Shown here: positions 34,363-35,143 of the stretch, piece after piece | Layout: every line of letters starts with the position of its first letter | Position numbering within the stretch: position 1 is the stretch's first letter | NCBI GenBank assembly: GCA_043803745.1 | Contig: JAZDJS010000051.1 | Coordinates: 1 to 35,143, forward strand | From: an archaeon | Lineage (GTDB): Archaea > SpSt-1190 > DYHY01 | Length of the DNA stretch: 35,143 nucleotides | Direction of reading: 5' to 3' | Made by a program: the position numbers and the translations under genes | The notes under the pieces: generated by a model | The model's database searches: none | What the model was told of the DNA's origin: nothing | The model's input: only the letters and a program-made list of their open reading frames with translations

Positions 34363-35142
34363 TCAGAGGAAAATAAGGACAAGCCCGAAGACAACCCCTG
34401 CGACGCCGACAAGCTTCCGCGCGCTGAGGTGGTCGCCGAAAACGAAATGCGATGCGATTGTCAGAATTGCAATCGAGCTTGCGTTCGCGGCGCTTATCAA
34501 TCCGGGATTCGGCGCAACCTTGTAGCCCTCGTTCATTGCGAAGTTGAAAAGCCAGGAGAAGAATCCGACTCCGAGGAAGATTGGCGCGACATTTTTGGCC
34601 CCCATCCCCTTTTTCGCAGACAACAGAGGAAGTTTCCGGAGGGCAATCTCAGCTGAGATGAAGATTGCGACAGCAGCCATCCTCCAGAAAACGAGCATGC
34701 CAACGTCGTAGCCCTTCCTTATCAGGTAAGTTGAGACAAGCGCGAGAATTCCCCAGAGGAAGAACAGAAGGAAGGATTTCGCAAGCCAGCCGGAACGTCC
34801 TTTTTTCTTCTCCTCCTTCTCCTCCGGGCTCTTTTCAAGGAAGATTAGAGATGAAAAACCAATTATCGTCGCTATCCCGATTATGTCAAGAAGGGACAGC
34901 GGGGAGGAAAAGAGGAAGACCGATGCAACCGCCGTGAATGCCGCATAGCTCTTCTGTATTATCAGGGAATATCCGGGATTCGGCGCATCCTTTATTGCCG
35001 AGAGGGAGAGCCGGTTCCCGAGATAGGAAATGAAGAACGCGGTTCCGACATTGAGCAGGAAATCACCCGGGGAAATCCGGAAGAAATCCGTTCCCTGGGC
35101 GAGCCCTGCTGCAAGGAAAAGGAAAGGCGGGAGAAGGAACAT
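34363..35142 (-). CDS. EamA/DMT-family transporter, probably 5'-truncated
   Basis: Two internally repeated TM halves, each containing APNPG. Runs to the window edge. Confidence 0.85.
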   Translation of the reverse strand: MFLLPPFLFLAAGLAQGTDFFRISPGDFLLNVGTAFFISYLGNRLSLSAIKDAPNPGYSLIIQKSYAAFTAVASVFLFSSPLSLLDIIGIATIIGFSSLIFLEKSPEEKEEKKKGRSGWLAKSFLLFFLWGILALVSTYLIRKGYDVGMLVFWRMAAVAIFISAEIALRKLPLLSAKKGMGAKNVAPIFLGVGFFSWLFNFAMNEGYKVAPNPGLISAANASSIAILTIASHFVFGDHLSARKLVGVAGVVFGLVLIFL

Positions 35143-35143
35143 C

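Overview
Archaeal genomic window, plausibly a DPANN-type lineage (inference). Markers are proteasome beta, aCPSF1, archaeal-type ProRS, Mre11-Rad50, TrmI, DUF63 and TATA/BRE promoters. It contains: (1) a ~8.3 kb cluster of secreted and membrane-anchored, Cys- and sequon-rich surface proteins that share domains and signal-peptide motifs; (2) small metabolic genes; (3) a four-gene copper-export operon; (4) housekeeping genes; (5) three tRNA genes: Thr-GGU, Thr-UGU and Met-CAU. The most unusual signal is non-coding. Both tRNA-Thr genes, 20 kb apart, are flanked by diverged partial copies of themselves. These copies carry hairpin inserts at the same T-loop position, compensatory T-stem changes and encoded CCA ends that the real genes lack, and both loci share a twin-hairpin spacer. 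Other oddities are a doubly inactivated HsdR-nuclease/PfkB fusion next to its active paralogue, a frameshifted stand-alone class I aaRS-like catalytic domain, a dispersed tandem-GA hairpin family and a candidate orphan structured RNA. All calls were made by eye from motifs; no searches were run.
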